From NCBI RefSeq assembly GCF_964194025.1, contig NC_134482.1, positions 37,448,001 through 37,512,000 of the forward strand: a stretch of DNA of 64,000 nt, in the 5' to 3' direction. How positions within the stretch are numbered: position 1 is the first letter of the stretch; the number at the start of each line of letters is the position of its first letter. This DNA comes from Convolutriloba macropyga. Taxonomy: Eukaryota. The notes beneath the pieces were generated by a model. It made no database searches, was not told where the DNA came from, and saw only the letters and a list, made by a program, of their open reading frames with translations. Positions 33,801-46,900 of the stretch are shown here, piece by piece. Made by a program: the position numbers and the translations under genes.

Positions 33801-35585
33801 TGGAATAAGAAGTTGTTGACATGCGGGAGGTGAAAGGTTCGAACCCGTATACGGCAGTTTCCGTTTGTAAGAATTCCGGTGAATGCGGTGAAAATAAAAA
33901 TTTCACCGCTATAAACCGCAAATCTTAAAAAAATTCACAGCTAAAAACAGATAGGCGCACAAAATTTCACCGCGTTCATCGCTAAAAGATCCGGGCGCTT
34001 TGCGTTTAATTTTTTTTTCACCGTTGTTCACCGCAACTCTACAGTATTACATTATTATTTCGACAAGAACTCGACTCGGGAATTATCTGTCGCTTTGTTT
34101 CCATTACGTTTGTTTTTTTTTCTGCAGATGGAACAGTGCTGTGTGGGTTCGGGTGCTATGCAGTTCTGGACAGTGGGACCTCTCTCGTGGTGGGACCACC
34201 TAATGACGTCATCAAACTGGTTGAAACCATCGGGGCCAATATGACTGGTAAGTATACGTGCGTTCAGTACTTAGCGAAACGAAACTTGATAGCCTTGATA
34301 AGAAACACTTGATCCACTATAATCTTGCGAAGATCTTGCAATGATACATGTCAAGATAATATCAAGATATGTACGAAGCTATTTGCATTGATGTTAAGAA
34401 AATTTTTTTCTATTTATGTTTAGATGAGTTTGGGATCTACTCAATGGATTGTTCTCGAAAACATCCGACTGAAGAGGAAAAACGACCTGAAAACAACATA
34501 GTTTTTGTGTTCAAAGGCAGAGAGTTCGTTCTGGAACCCAAGGATTACATTATAGGCAAATGTTTTACTATAACTGATTCAAATTATGAGAAAAAAAATT
34601 AGTTGCAGAAAATCAAAAACTAAGTAGCCAATATCGAACAGAATTCTGATCAAAATTGCTGTTCATGGGGTTAATCAGACCTGAAATGCTGAAAATACCA
34701 TTACATTTAAATCTGCTGAAAATATCATTACAAGTTGAAATTGTTTTTTTTTCAAGAGTAAGAACGATCCTCTTAACGTGGTTCGTTTCAATTACTTTCC
34801 GAGAAGACAAGTCAAGATTGAAAAACACGTGTCTGAACTCATAAGAGAAAATGATCTTTGCGTTCATAGGAATTTAAAATTTCACTTTTTCTTAAACATT
34901 TTTCGACGTCCATCTTGCAAGATCTTGCTAGTTTCTTGCAAGATAGGCGTCCGGATCTTGCATCTTGCAAGATAAGCGTCGGAGTTCGTCTAGGGATATG
35001 CAAAATGTTCTAATTCGATGCAAAACGTTGCAAGATTTTTGCACGTTTCTCATATCTTTTTGTCAAAATTTCTTTCCAGGCCTTTTAAGCGCATTCTAAA
35101 TTTGTATAATATTACCATACGTTCGTTTCATCGAAGGTTCCAATCACAAGAATCTTCCCAAACAGAATTGATAACTCCCAATTTTAAATGTCTCAGAATC
35201 ATAAAGCTCAAAAACCGTAGAAGAGGTGCACTTGGCCTCATTTCACCAAAACAGCAAACTTTTTGCCGATTTTTGAATATTGCTTCTTTTAATGATAAAT
35301 TTTTGCAATTTTGTTTTCCCTGTTCATTGCATCCTGTTCGTTGTTTTACCTGTACAAAACTATCTTCCCCTTTTCCCAAGATTGGAATCAGTTATTACGT
35401 ATCGCCTTTCCCTAGAGTACAATGGCGAGTGTATGTTGGGATTCAGTGTCATCCCAGCCACTGCTTCCCTGGGAGAACCCTGGATATTGGGGGATGTGTT
35501 CATGCGCAAATATTACACAGAGTTCGACTTGGGAAAAATGCAGATTTCTCTGGCAGAGGCAAATGTTGAAGAATATTCTTCGTGA
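21350..35585 (+). CDS. Pepsin-family A1 (cathepsin D/E-like) aspartic protease, copy 1, 443 aa; exons 21350-21670, 27503-27685, 29603-29856, 32074-32225, 34128-34247, 34424-34555, 35416-35585
   Basis: Signal peptide; [88 protein letters not shown]. Splice phases 0,0,2,1,1,1 join to 1332 nt with no internal stop; intron 6 is GC-AG. Confidence 0.95.
21811..21882. repeat. (GT)n microsatellite
   Basis: Direct observation. Confidence 0.98.
28135..28310. repeat. 32-bp minisatellite (gaagtgacctctgatcataccattcccagacc), ~5 units
   Basis: tgatc cores at a 32-bp period. Confidence 0.9.
28626..28757. mobile_element. MITE with GGGTCTTTCCCATTAT TIRs and 8-bp TSD ACAAAATT
   Basis: TSD at 28618-28625 and 28758-28765; GG termini plus 8-bp TSD suggest Merlin or hAT type. 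Confidence 0.85.
31015..31360. repeat. ~350-bp near-perfect palindrome/hairpin in intron 3 of copy 1
   Basis: Arms such as ctggacaggttttttataagaacatttgaacgag / ctcgttcaaatgttcttataaaaaacctgtccag; centre ggaaac-aaga-gtttcc at ~31180. Confidence 0.92.
33786..33857 (+). pseudogene. tRNA-like / SINE-head Pol III promoter (degenerate)
   Basis: A-box TGGCGAAGTGG at 33793-33803 and B-box GGTTCGAACCC at 33836-33846 with tRNA-like spacing; no intact cloverleaf. Confidence 0.55.
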
Positions 35586-36630
35586 ATTTGAAACAAATAT
35601 CAATAACTGTTCTGATTAAGAGAATTATGTTCATTTTCCTCTCAAATTACAGTTGGTTTAAATTATGGAATTGAGAGGCATGTTTGAGGGAAAAAAGATT
35701 GAATTGAGTTCAATTTCCGCTCACAAGTTATGCTCTTCCCAAAGCGAAAACAAAAGTTTATCTTGTATTATTATTTTAACCGCATCGCAGGATTTTTCAA
35801 AAACAAAGTTAATCTCGCAATATTTTTACAGGAATCTTTTAAATCTTTTAAGGCTAACTTTACCTTGCAAGAACTTGCATTATAATAACTGTCTTGAAAG
35901 ATCTAGCAAGAATAACTTTAATTTTCGACGCGGGTTGTCTTTCGCTCAAAATGTGCTTAATTCGGAAATTTTGTTTGATAATTCTTTATCTTGAGTAAGC
36001 GTTCGCGCACACATTTTGTTTCAATGGAAAAGGAACACATTTGATTTATAGATTGAACTATTTAAGTGAACCAGTATTCTCTATCAATTCAAGGATTCTG
36101 TTATATTTTTGTCAAAACAAAGTAATTAAACAGATTTTAATAGTTGTGGTTTCGAAAGATGATTCGCTACCCCGATCGAAGCTGAATAGTTATGGTGTAA
36201 TAAGTTATCAGCTCTTGCACAAAAATAATTCCGCCCTGGTTATAAATTTATCTCGTAAAATGTGATAACATAAAGTTTTTTTTTTTGGTTTGAAGATAAA
36301 CATGCAATTTCACAATTTATGAACATTAAACTTATAAGATCAAGTCAGATCAAGACTTGTAAAATTCGTATCGAACCTATCAGATAAAGTCAACGGCATC
36401 GAAGTCAGCATATAAAATACAATTTATTGTTGAATTTTGTTAATTACGCAGTCAGAAGGACTTTTCTCCAGTTTTTGTCCAGATCAATAACAGTGGCCTT
36501 AAAATTCACGGAAAATTGGCAAAATTTATGTAAAGTTTACGATGTTTGCCAACTATACCAGTTGTTTTTTTTCAATGGGAACTTACCATAAAATAAAAAA
36601 AACTCCTGGTATGAAAATAATATTGTTTTT

Positions 36631-37098
36631 CCTGCATTGAGACACCAGAGTAGATCATAACCAGACCAGAGTCCCTCCAGAGTAAGAGAACAGTCAAATC
36701 TGGGTTTACACTTCGCAAAGTTTATCCCAGAATTGGTCCTCTCTGTCGCTAGTATTCAAAGAGTTGAGCCCAGATTAGAACTACACTGGAGTTGATCTAG
36801 ACAGAATTGACCGCAGAGTAAGTCTAATCTAGAGTTGACAATTGATTAGATTTTCCCTACATTTAATGACTTCGAGTCAGCTCTGTCAAGGATAGTCTAG
36901 AATAAGATTACACTGGGATCTCTGCTTTCAAAGGGTACCCACCTACATCTATTTGCGAGGTACTCTGTCAAGCGAAAATTGACCTCATCAGATTTTGAAC
37001 TAGTTCTGATGTCACTAAATTCCAGTTCCGAGCTGCTTTGGCGATAAGGTACGGGTTAGGAATAAATTTTTGTTCAACTACTCTGTGATGCCAGCAGG
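36631..37098. mobile_element. Possible non-autonomous TIR element (CCTGC...CAGAGTAG ends; AGAGT/ACTCT-rich interior)
   Basis: cctgcattgagacaccagagtag vs reverse complement of ctactctgtgatgccagcagg; counterpart at ~41170-41660. Confidence 0.4.
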
Positions 37099-37970
37099 TG
37101 CCAATAATTTGCGAGTTATTTCGAAAGAAATTGAAATTTAAGTCTAATTCTAAATCTTAAGTCTGTTCATATTGCTTACATTAACATTTATTCTGTAAGG
37201 CATGAAATTTTATAGAGTAAATTTTGGTAGGATATGTTTAAAATTGAATTTTCATATCTGAATCAAAAAATTTCAAACTCGCCTAGAAATGATTTTCCGA
37301 AAACTTTTGCACGAATTCTGAAGAATGGGAGAAAATAAATTTTGCTTTTTAAAGTAAATATCAGCATTGCTTAAAGAAATCCACGAAAAAATAACACATT
37401 TCAGTAGCCGGTTCTTCATCAAAGTTCAAAAATTAGAGAACACAGTTTACAAAATGGCATCTCAATACAAAAAACTTACCATCATGTTATAAGTGAATGG
37501 TCGTGCTAATAATGAGTTGTCATGTCATCATGTAATTTAAAAAAATTGTTAACAGTGATTGCTAAAACGAACACTCATCCTTTCAGGGTAATTTAGGTGG
37601 ATTGATGAGTTAGAGAGCAGATTAATCAGGGCCTTTAAGGCGAAAGAAATCACAAGAATTGTATTTTCTTGTGAGACAGTGCTCATTAGACTCATTAGTC
37701 ATGATCTTTTCACATTGCAAGATGTTAACCTTATAATCTTTCCCCACAAAATCAGACAGGTTTGTCCTGCCAAAATTGTGAGTTATTAGTAGAAAAACAC
37801 CATAACGACAACTCTTAATCCAGTTAGTCTTTATACTGATTAGACGTATCCGAAGAAAATAGGAGATGCTTAAGTGCTATGAATAAATCATTGTAGCAGT
37901 TCCTCAAAAAACAACAACAGATTTTGTTTTTGAAGTTATATTGAAATTGCTAACTAAACCTTGAGTTCAA

Positions 37971-39201
37971 CCCGGATCGAGGAGGACTCTGAAAAATATG
38001 CAAGATAAGCGGTGAAAAGTTGTTTTTCTTCTAACCGCAAACTTTGCGGTGAAGTGCGGTGAATGCGGTGAAATTATGTAATTTCACCGCTAGAGTAAGC
38101 AGTGAGCTCACAAAAATTTCACAAATTTCACCGGTAAAGTATCTAAGTGGCAAATGAGCTGATTTCACCGCATTCACCGCATTTCACTTCAGAATTATAC
38201 GAAATTTGCGGTGAAGAAAAAATAATTTTTTCCTATTGTTCCTATTGTTGATGTTACAAAAATTCACCGCTTCCTAGCGTTGATCCTACAAAAATTCACC
38301 GCTTCCTAGCGTTGATCTTACAAAATTTCATTGCTTGTCTTACGTAATTTCATCACCTTTAATGCGAGATTTTTCAAAAAATCTACACTCTCCTTCGAAA
38401 AATTCGTTGATCCTAGCGTTGATCCTACAAAAATTCACCGCTTCCTAGCGTTGATCTTACAAAATTTCATTGCTTGTCTTACGTAATTCCATCACCTTTA
38501 ATGCGAGATTTTTCAAAAAATCTACACTCTCCTTCGAAAAATTCGCTTTTTTCTCCTCCCAAATAAGAAAACTCTGAAAAAATTGGGGGGATTCTCAGTC
38601 AATTCCCCCCAAAGATCTTGCATCATTTTGGGGGTAATGGGGGAGGGATTTAATTCAATGCAAGAGTGGGGTGTTAGGAGAGTAAAGTGATATAAGTGAT
38701 GTAAAGTGGCGTAAGAAGTGAGATAAGGTGAATTCACTTCTTTTCTCACATATTTTTGACAGTTTTTTCCAAGCGGTGATTTTATGTAATTTCAACACAA
38801 TCACTGCTGATCGCAAATAATTTTTACACTTTTTTCTAGGCGCTAAAACTATGTAAATTCACCACTAACTTAAGCGGAAATTTCTGTAATTTCGCCGCCT
38901 TCCCTGCGTATCTCACACAAATTTGTCGCTTTTTTCTATGCGGTGAAATTTCACCACTAGGTTAAGCTTTGATTTTATGTAATTCCATTGCATTTGCAGT
39001 TTATCTCACATAATTTGGACAGTTTTTAAAGCAGTAAATTTATGTAATTTCACCACTACAAGGCGATAAATTTTATTTCGACGAATTCACCGCCTGATTT
39101 ATTTAATTTCACTGCATTCCCCGCTTATCTTATAATGTTTTCCTCATTCACTGATTATCTTGCATTTTTTTGCGTTGCAGGACGGTGACCCTCGACCCGG
39201 G
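37971..39201. mobile_element. Non-autonomous DNA transposon with CCCGG TIRs and GCGGTGAA/TTCACCGC subterminal repeats (CMC/EnSpm-like)
   Basis: cccggatcgagg...tgcaagataa inverted at ttatcttgca...cctcgacccggg; AA on both flanks; internal ~140-bp tandem duplication at 38270-38545. Confidence 0.6.
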
Positions 39202-39541
39202 AATACAAGCAAATTCTGACTAGAATGGTCCAACCAGTTACAGTTTTCTTGAATGTCATCGGGAACACATCAAGTACTCCCGCCTGGCAATGGACACTCG
39301 TATCTTATGATCTGCAGAGTGCAGTTTTTGTGTTCCTCTGCTAGAGAGTGTAACCTGCTTTTTTGTCTACAGTCTACACGTTTTGTATATGATAGCGAAG
39401 AACCAATAAGTTATTGGAGGAGAACAATTTTGAAAACTAATCTGCTCCCTTGACATAAATCATCATCGCGGCTCTCTTCACATAAATCAGGGATAATTGA
39501 ACTTTGTGGAGGGCAGACTAGTGTAGAGAAGACATCATCCC

Positions 39542-39741
39542 NNNNNNNNNNNNNNNNNNNNNNNNNNNNNNNNNNNNNNNNNNNNNNNNNNNNNNNNNNN
39601 NNNNNNNNNNNNNNNNNNNNNNNNNNNNNNNNNNNNNNNNNNNNNNNNNNNNNNNNNNNNNNNNNNNNNNNNNNNNNNNNNNNNNNNNNNNNNNNNNNNN
39701 NNNNNNNNNNNNNNNNNNNNNNNNNNNNNNNNNNNNNNNNN
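39542..39741. other. Assembly gap (exactly 200 N, typical fixed-size scaffolding join)
   Basis: Run of N. Confidence 1.
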
Positions 39742-42688
39742 GGGGAACTGACTAAAAATTCCCCCGATTATTTTGAGAGTTTTCGTTATTGAATGGAGAG
39801 AAAAAAAGAATTTTTCAAAGAACTTTTTGAAAAATCTCGCATTAAAAGTGATGAAGTTATACAAGACAAGCCATGAACTTTTGTAAGATCAAAGCTCGGA
39901 GGCGATGAATTTTTGTAGGATCAACGCTAGGAAGCGGTGAATTTTTGTAAGATCAACAATAGGAAGCGGTATTTTTTGTAAGATTGACGCAAAATATTAT
40001 ATATATCTTTTAAATAAGATAAGCAATGAAAAATTTCTTCTTCATCACCGCAAATTTCTTACATAATTGTGAACTGAAATGCGGTGAACGCAATGAAATT
40101 ATGTAATTTATTACATACATACTTCAGTGGTAAAATGAGGGGAATAAAAGTAGGTCCACCGCTTTGCTAGCAATGAAATTACATAATTTCTCAACTTTTA
40201 CCGCAATTCACCACAAAAAAATTTGAAATTTTTCTGTGAAAGAAAACATCTTTTCACAAACTATCTTGCATGTTTTTCAGTTTTTTTTCACGACCCAGGC
40301 TGAGTTCAAAGTTTAATTAGCAAAATCAATATAACTTCAAAAACAAAATCTATTGGTGTTTTTTGGGGAACTGCTACAATGATTTGTTCATAGCACTTAA
40401 GCATCTCCTATTTTCTTAGAATACGTTTAATCAGTATAAAGAGAAACTGGATTAGAAGTTGTCGTTATGGTGTTCGTCTAGTAAAAACTCACAATTTTTG
40501 CAGAAAAACCTGTTTGATTTTAAGGGAAAAATTATAAGGTTAATGTCCCATGTGAAAATATTATGAAAAATAAGTCCACTAAGCATTGTCTCACAAAAAA
40601 ATACTACTCTTGTGATTTCTTTCACCTTAAAGGCCAAGATTCATCTGCTCACTAGCGCATCAATCCACTTAAATTCCCTGAAAAGATGAGAACTTTGTGT
40701 ACGTTTTAACAATCACTGTCAACTTTTTTTTAAAAAAATGCATGATGGCATGTCAATTCTTTATTATCACGGCCTTTCACTTATAACATGATGGTAGGTT
40801 TTTTTGTATCAAGATGCCTTATTGCAAACCGCGTTTTCTAATTTTTGAACTTCGATGAAGAACAGGCTACGGAAATGTGGTTTTTTCCTAGATTTCTTTA
40901 AGCAATGCTGATATTTACTTTAAAAAGTTATTTTCTCCCATTCTTCAGAATTTGTTCAAGATAAGTTTTTTGGAAAATACTTTCTAGGTGAGTTTGAAAT
41001 TTTCGATTCAGATATGAAAAATCAATTTTTAGACTTGTCCTACCAAAACTTACTCGATAAAATTTCATGCCTTACAGAAAAAATATTTTTTTAAGCAATA
41101 TGACCAGACTTAAGATTTAGAATTAGACTTAGATTTCATTTTTTTTCGAAGTAATTCGCTGATTGTTGGCAACTGCTGGCATCACAGAGTAGTTGAACAA
41201 AAAATAAAATTATTCCTAGCCCGTATCTTATCTCCAAAGCAGATCAGAACTGGAACATAGTTAATTCAGAACTGGATCAAAAACTGATGAGGTCAATTTT
41301 CGCTTGACAGAGTACCTCGAGAGTAGAAGTAGGTGGTTACCCATGAAAGCAGAGATCCCAGTGTAACCATATTCTAGACTATCCTTGACAGAGCTGACTG
41401 CAAGTCATTAGAAGTAGGGAAAATCTAATCAATTGTCAACTCTATCGAGGTCAACTCTAGATTAGACTTACTCTGCGGTCAATTCTGTCAGGATCAACTC
41501 CACTGTAGTTCTAATCTGGGCTCAACTCTTTGAATACTAGCGACAGAGAAGACCAATTCTGGGAAAAACTTTGCGAAGTGTCAACCCAGATTTGACTGTT
41601 CTCATACTCTGGAGGGACTCTGGTCGGGTTATGATCTACTCTGGTGTCTCAGTGCAGGAAAAACAAAGTTATTTTCATACCTACAGGATTTTTATAATTT
41701 TATTGTAAGTTCCCATTGAAAAAAAACAACCGGTTTAGTTGGCAAACATCGTAAACTTTACATAAATTTTGCCAATTTTCCGTGAATTTTAAGGCCACTG
41801 TTATTGATCTGGACAAAAACTGTGGAGAAAAGTCCTTCTGACTGCGTAATTAACAAAATTCAACAATAAATTGTATTTTATTTGCTGATTTTGATGCCGT
41901 TGACTTTATCTGATAGGATCGATACGAATTTTACAAGTCTTGATCTGACTTGATCTTATAAGTTTAATGTTCATAAATTGTGAAATTGCATGTTTATCTT
42001 CAAACCAAAAAAAACGTTATGTTATCACATTTTAAGAGATAAATTTATAACCAGGGCGGAATTATTTTTGTGCAAGAGCTGATAACTTATCAAACCATAA
42101 CTATTCAGCTTCGATCGCGGTAGCGAATCATCTTTCGAAACCACAACTGTTAAAATCTGTTTAATTACTTTGTTTTGACAAAAATATAACAGAATCCTTG
42201 AATTGATAGAGAATACTGGTTCACTTAAATAGTTCAATTTTTTAATCAAATGTGTTCCTTTTCCATTGAAACAAAATGTCTGCGCGAACGCTTACTCATG
42301 ATAAAGAATTATCAAACAAAATTTCCGAATTGAGCACATTTTGAGCGAAAAACAACCCGCGTCGAAAACTAAAGTTATTCTTGCTAGATCTTTCAAGACA
42401 GTTATTATAATGCAAGTTCTTGCAAGGTAAAGTTAGCCTTAAAATATTCCTGTAAAAATATTGCAAGATTAACTTTTTTCGGAAGAATCCTACGTTGCGG
42501 TCACAATAATAATAATACAAGATACACTTTTGTTTTCGATTTGGGAAGAACATAATTTGTGAGCACAATTCCATCTTGATTCCCTTAACATGCATCCCAT
42601 TCCCATAAATTAAACCAACTGTAATTTGAGAGGAAAATGAACGTAATACTCGAAATAATCAGCACAACTATTTAAAATTGTTTGAATT

Positions 42689-43910
42689 TCAGGAAGAATA
42701 TTCTTCAACATTGGCCTCTGCCAGAGAAATCTGCATTTTTCCCAAGTCGAACTCTGTGTAATATTTGCGCATGAATACATCCCCCAATATCCAGGGTTCT
42801 CCCAGGGAAGCAGTGGCTGGGATGACACTGAATCCCAACATACACTCACCATTGTACTCTGGGAAAAAGATGATGCGTAATAACTGATTCCAATCTTGGG
42901 AAAATGGGAAAGAAGTTCTTTGAAGGAAAATGTACGAACCAGGTGGGAAAATGAAATCGCAATATTTTATCGGATCTTTTCCGTTTGTGCCCCCCCCCCC
43001 CTCAAGCTTAGTGGGCGCATATTATTTGCAACCCCCCCCCCCCCCGACGCACGTGCCATATTTATACATACTGATTTACTATGTAATGGCACGTGCTCTG
43101 TAACTGGGGGGCACATAACGTACTGGGGGTGGGGGGGGGCAGAAACGGAAAAGATCCATTTTTATCATTTAATGAAACAACGTCTAAAAATTGGCAAAAA
43201 GTTTTGGTAAAATGAGGCAAAGCGCACCACTTCTATGGTTTTTGAAGTTTATGATTCTGCGACATTTTAAATTGAGAGTTATCAATCCTGTTTGTAATGA
43301 TTCTTGTGATTAAAACCTTCTATGAAACGAACGTATGGTAATATTATACAAATTTAGAATGCTTAAAAGACCTGGAAAGAAACTTTGACAAAAAGATATG
43401 AGAAACGTGCCAAAATCTTGCAACGTTTTGCATCGAATTAGAACGTTTTGCATGTAATTTTCGCTCCTGGCGTGTCTTCACGCAAAATAATTGGATCGAA
43501 CCACGTTAAGAGGATCGTTCTTACTTTTGAAAAAAAAACAATTTGAACGTGTAATGATATTTTCAGCAGATTTAAATGTAATGGTATTTTCAGCATTTCA
43601 GGTCTGATTAACCCTATGAACAGCAATTTTGATCAGAATTCGGTTCGATATTGGCTACTTAGTTTTTGTTTTCTGCAACTAATTTTTTCTCTTAATTTGA
43701 ATCAGTTATAGTAAAACATTTGCCTATAATGTAATCCTTGGGTTCCAGAACAAACTCTCTGCCTTTGAACACAAAAACTATGTTGTTTTCAGGTCGTTTT
43801 TCCTCTTCAGTCGGATGTTTTCGAGAACAATCCATTGAGTAGATCCCAAACTCATCTAAACATAAATAGAAAAAAATATATTCTTAAAAGCAATGCAAAG
43901 AGATATTTAT

Positions 43911-43955
<45 letters not shown>

Positions 43956-46900
43956 GTGTCTTAATAAGATCTTGCCATGTAATATTGCAAGATCTTGGCA
44001 AGATTATAATGGATTAATTGTTTCTTATCAATGCTATCACGTTTCGTTTCACTGGGTAGATATTGAACGCAGGTATACTTACCAGTCATATTGGCCCCGA
44101 TGGTTTCAACCAGTTTGATGACGTCATTAGGCGGTCCAACCACTAGAGAGGTACCACTGTCCAGAACTGCATAGCACCCGAAGCCACACAGCACTGTTCC
44201 ATCTGCAGCAGAAAAAAAACAAACGTAATGGAAACAAAGCGACAGATGATTCCCGGGTCGAGTTCTTGTCGAAATTATAATATAATAATGTAGAGTTGCG
44301 GTGAAAAGCGGTGAAAAAAAATAATTTTAATCGCAAAGCGCCCGGATCTTTTAGCGATTAACGCGGTGAAATTTTGTGCGCCTATCGGTTTTTAGCTGTG
44401 AATTTTTTCAAGATTTGCGGTTTTTAGAGGTAAATTTTTGTACGATTTGCAGTTTTTATTTTCATCGTTTCACCGGAGTTGTTCACCGAAACTGCCGTAT
44501 AAGGGTTCGAACCTCTCACCTCCAGCATCTCAACAACTTCTTATTCCACTTCGCCATCTGTCATTCACTTCAAAAATATTTCTTGTGAAAAAAGATCAGA
44601 TTCAATAAACTTTATGGGGAAAAAATGCGTTGAAATTTTGTAGTAGAAGCAGTGAATTGTTTATTTTCACCGCTTAAGCTGTGATAAAAAAAAGTATTTC
44701 ACCGCTACCAACGGGAAGACCTGAACACAAAAACTTCACCGGTGAAAGCTGCGAATTTTCCGAATACTCACCTCAAAACATTTAGTGATTTTTAGCAACC
44801 AATTGACCTGAGATTAATGGTTCTTTGAGGTAATTTTTTTTCTGACCACTTTTAATTATGAAAATATGGATCTCTGTTTATGAGTTTGAAATGATTTGGG
44901 TAAGTTCTTGTTCCGATTAAAATATGCTGTTTTTGAAAACTATTATTCGCTTAAACGCAACTGAAATCTGAAGAATATCTAACTTTTTCTACCGAGAAGT
45001 CTTTAGTTTGAATCTAAAGGAGTTTTGATCTCATTTGGTGCAGAGGCTTTAAAAAACCCCTTTTTGTAAATTATATACTTCTTTACTAAAAAATTCCGTG
45101 AAAAAATTTCCAATAAATTGAAATGCGACCTTTAACTAATGAGAATGGTTAAAAGGTGGACCAAGAGGAACATCATTGTTTAAATGTAAAAAGAAAGTCT
45201 AAATGCGACTACAAAAAAACCGACAAATAGCGACACAGTCAAAAATTATTCCAATATTTTGCGAAAAACCGTCAATTGTGTTCAATTGATGGTTTTAGGA
45301 ACAACAATAATTTCAATGTGTTCAATTGTGCCTTTTGGGGAACAAACCGCAAATAATAAAGTTTAATTCATTAGAGAGACTATACGGCCTGTTTTTATTA
45401 ACTTTAGCTACAAGTCTACCAAAAAAGAGAAAAAAGTCTCGAAGCTCAAAAATCCATGGTTTATTTTGAAAACATAAATTTTTAAAAGTCAAAACGACCA
45501 TAACCTTTCGACTAAAAAACTAAATATGTTTCCTTGAAGCTACTTAGAAAGCCAATTGGAACTGTCACTAGTACTCATGGAATAGAATTGACTAACAGTA
45601 ATCATAAACAGAAAATTTTTTTTTAAAAAAAAAACGATCTTTTCAACTACTGCAGCTATGTGCGCAATTCAGTGAATTTTGTTGTAAAAGCGGTGGATTT
45701 TTATTAACGCTTTCAACGCTTTCTTCTAAAATATCACATAGTTTCATTTAAAATTTGCTTCGCCAGAAACTTGTGCTCATTTAACTTTGCGCAGTTTGCG
45801 GTTTTTATCGGTGGATTATTTTCACCGCTCCAAAGCATACGCATTTTATTTTAATTTGAATTTGAATGAATTTAATTGGCTAGAAAAGATTGTATATTAC
45901 GTCTTTGAACTCTGCGTTCCAAAGACTCTCATGCGGTACCACTTGTATCTTTCTAGGATAAGTACATCATTTTCAGACTTGATCTGGAGAAAAAAGAGCC
46001 TCGCGTAATTGGCCCACTTCTAAAGAAATGAAATAAAAAATCTTCTTAAAAAATTGAAAACCCGAAAACATTCGGATGAAACAGTGCGGAAAGTATTGTG
46101 GGGAAATGCCTTGTTTGCTAACTTTCATATAGGGATCCGACAGAGACAGAGTCCAAGTTGACCTGCCAGAATGCGAAGGAGGTCACAGGTAACCGAGTGA
46201 AAGGCTCTTTGTAGAGTGAGGGGTCGCTACCCCCAATCACCAACTGGCTGTTCTCTTTGGGACCAAGGGCAAAACTAAAATCAAATGGTATTGACAAAAA
46301 TAATAATTTAATTTAATTATACATGATTGGGTACAATTGCTTTTTTTGCTTAAAATGGGAAATTATTGATGCCTACAAACACATAATCATGATTAAATTT
46401 AGGCCGCGCTTTCTGAATCTGAATATGTCTGGCAACCTTTTCTTCCAAAATATTGCAAAAACACTTCTGTTTTTTTCTTTCTTATAAAAGATATAATTTT
46501 GTTTTTGGCCGCATAATTAGAAAATGAGGTATCAGATTAATTGCAGCAAAACTGATGCGAGTAACCGGAGAATGAGGTCCTCGCTTAAACTCAATTAATC
46601 AAATTACTTATCCAAACAATTTTTGATTATAGAATTACCCCAAAGATACCGAAATTACCAATGACCAAGACTTCGGTTCGATTAAGAGTTTCGGCGCGTT
46701 CATATGCTCCGTTTCATAAAAAACCTGTTCATACGAAAATGAGATATATTTCAGATTTTGGAGATATATTTCAAGTGATGCAAAGACGCAAGAAGACAGA
46801 ATAACATCATGATCCAGTATTTGCCTCATGTTTCTGAAAAGGATCAAGAAATTTAAAAACGCCCACAATAATGTTTTTTAAATCAAAGTTTTGTCTTATT

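Larger units (their letters stand above)
16625..38610 (+). repeat. Left arm of large inverted duplication
   Basis: Collinear reverse-complement homology to ~39742-61765 across exons, introns and both flanks, with arm-specific insertions; outer boundary approximate. Confidence 0.85.

Noticed and set aside
33786-33857. Functional tRNA gene
   Set aside because: A and B boxes are present, but acceptor, anticodon and T stems do not pair convincingly.
35018-35619. Overlapping ORFs 35018-35569 and 35422-35619
   Set aside because: Alternative frames over protease exon 7; the coding frame is the one ending at 35585.
36041-36265. ORF apparently conserved in both arms (42025-42249)
   Set aside because: It lies in a high-identity block of the duplication, so conservation is expected; non-ATG start and no motif.
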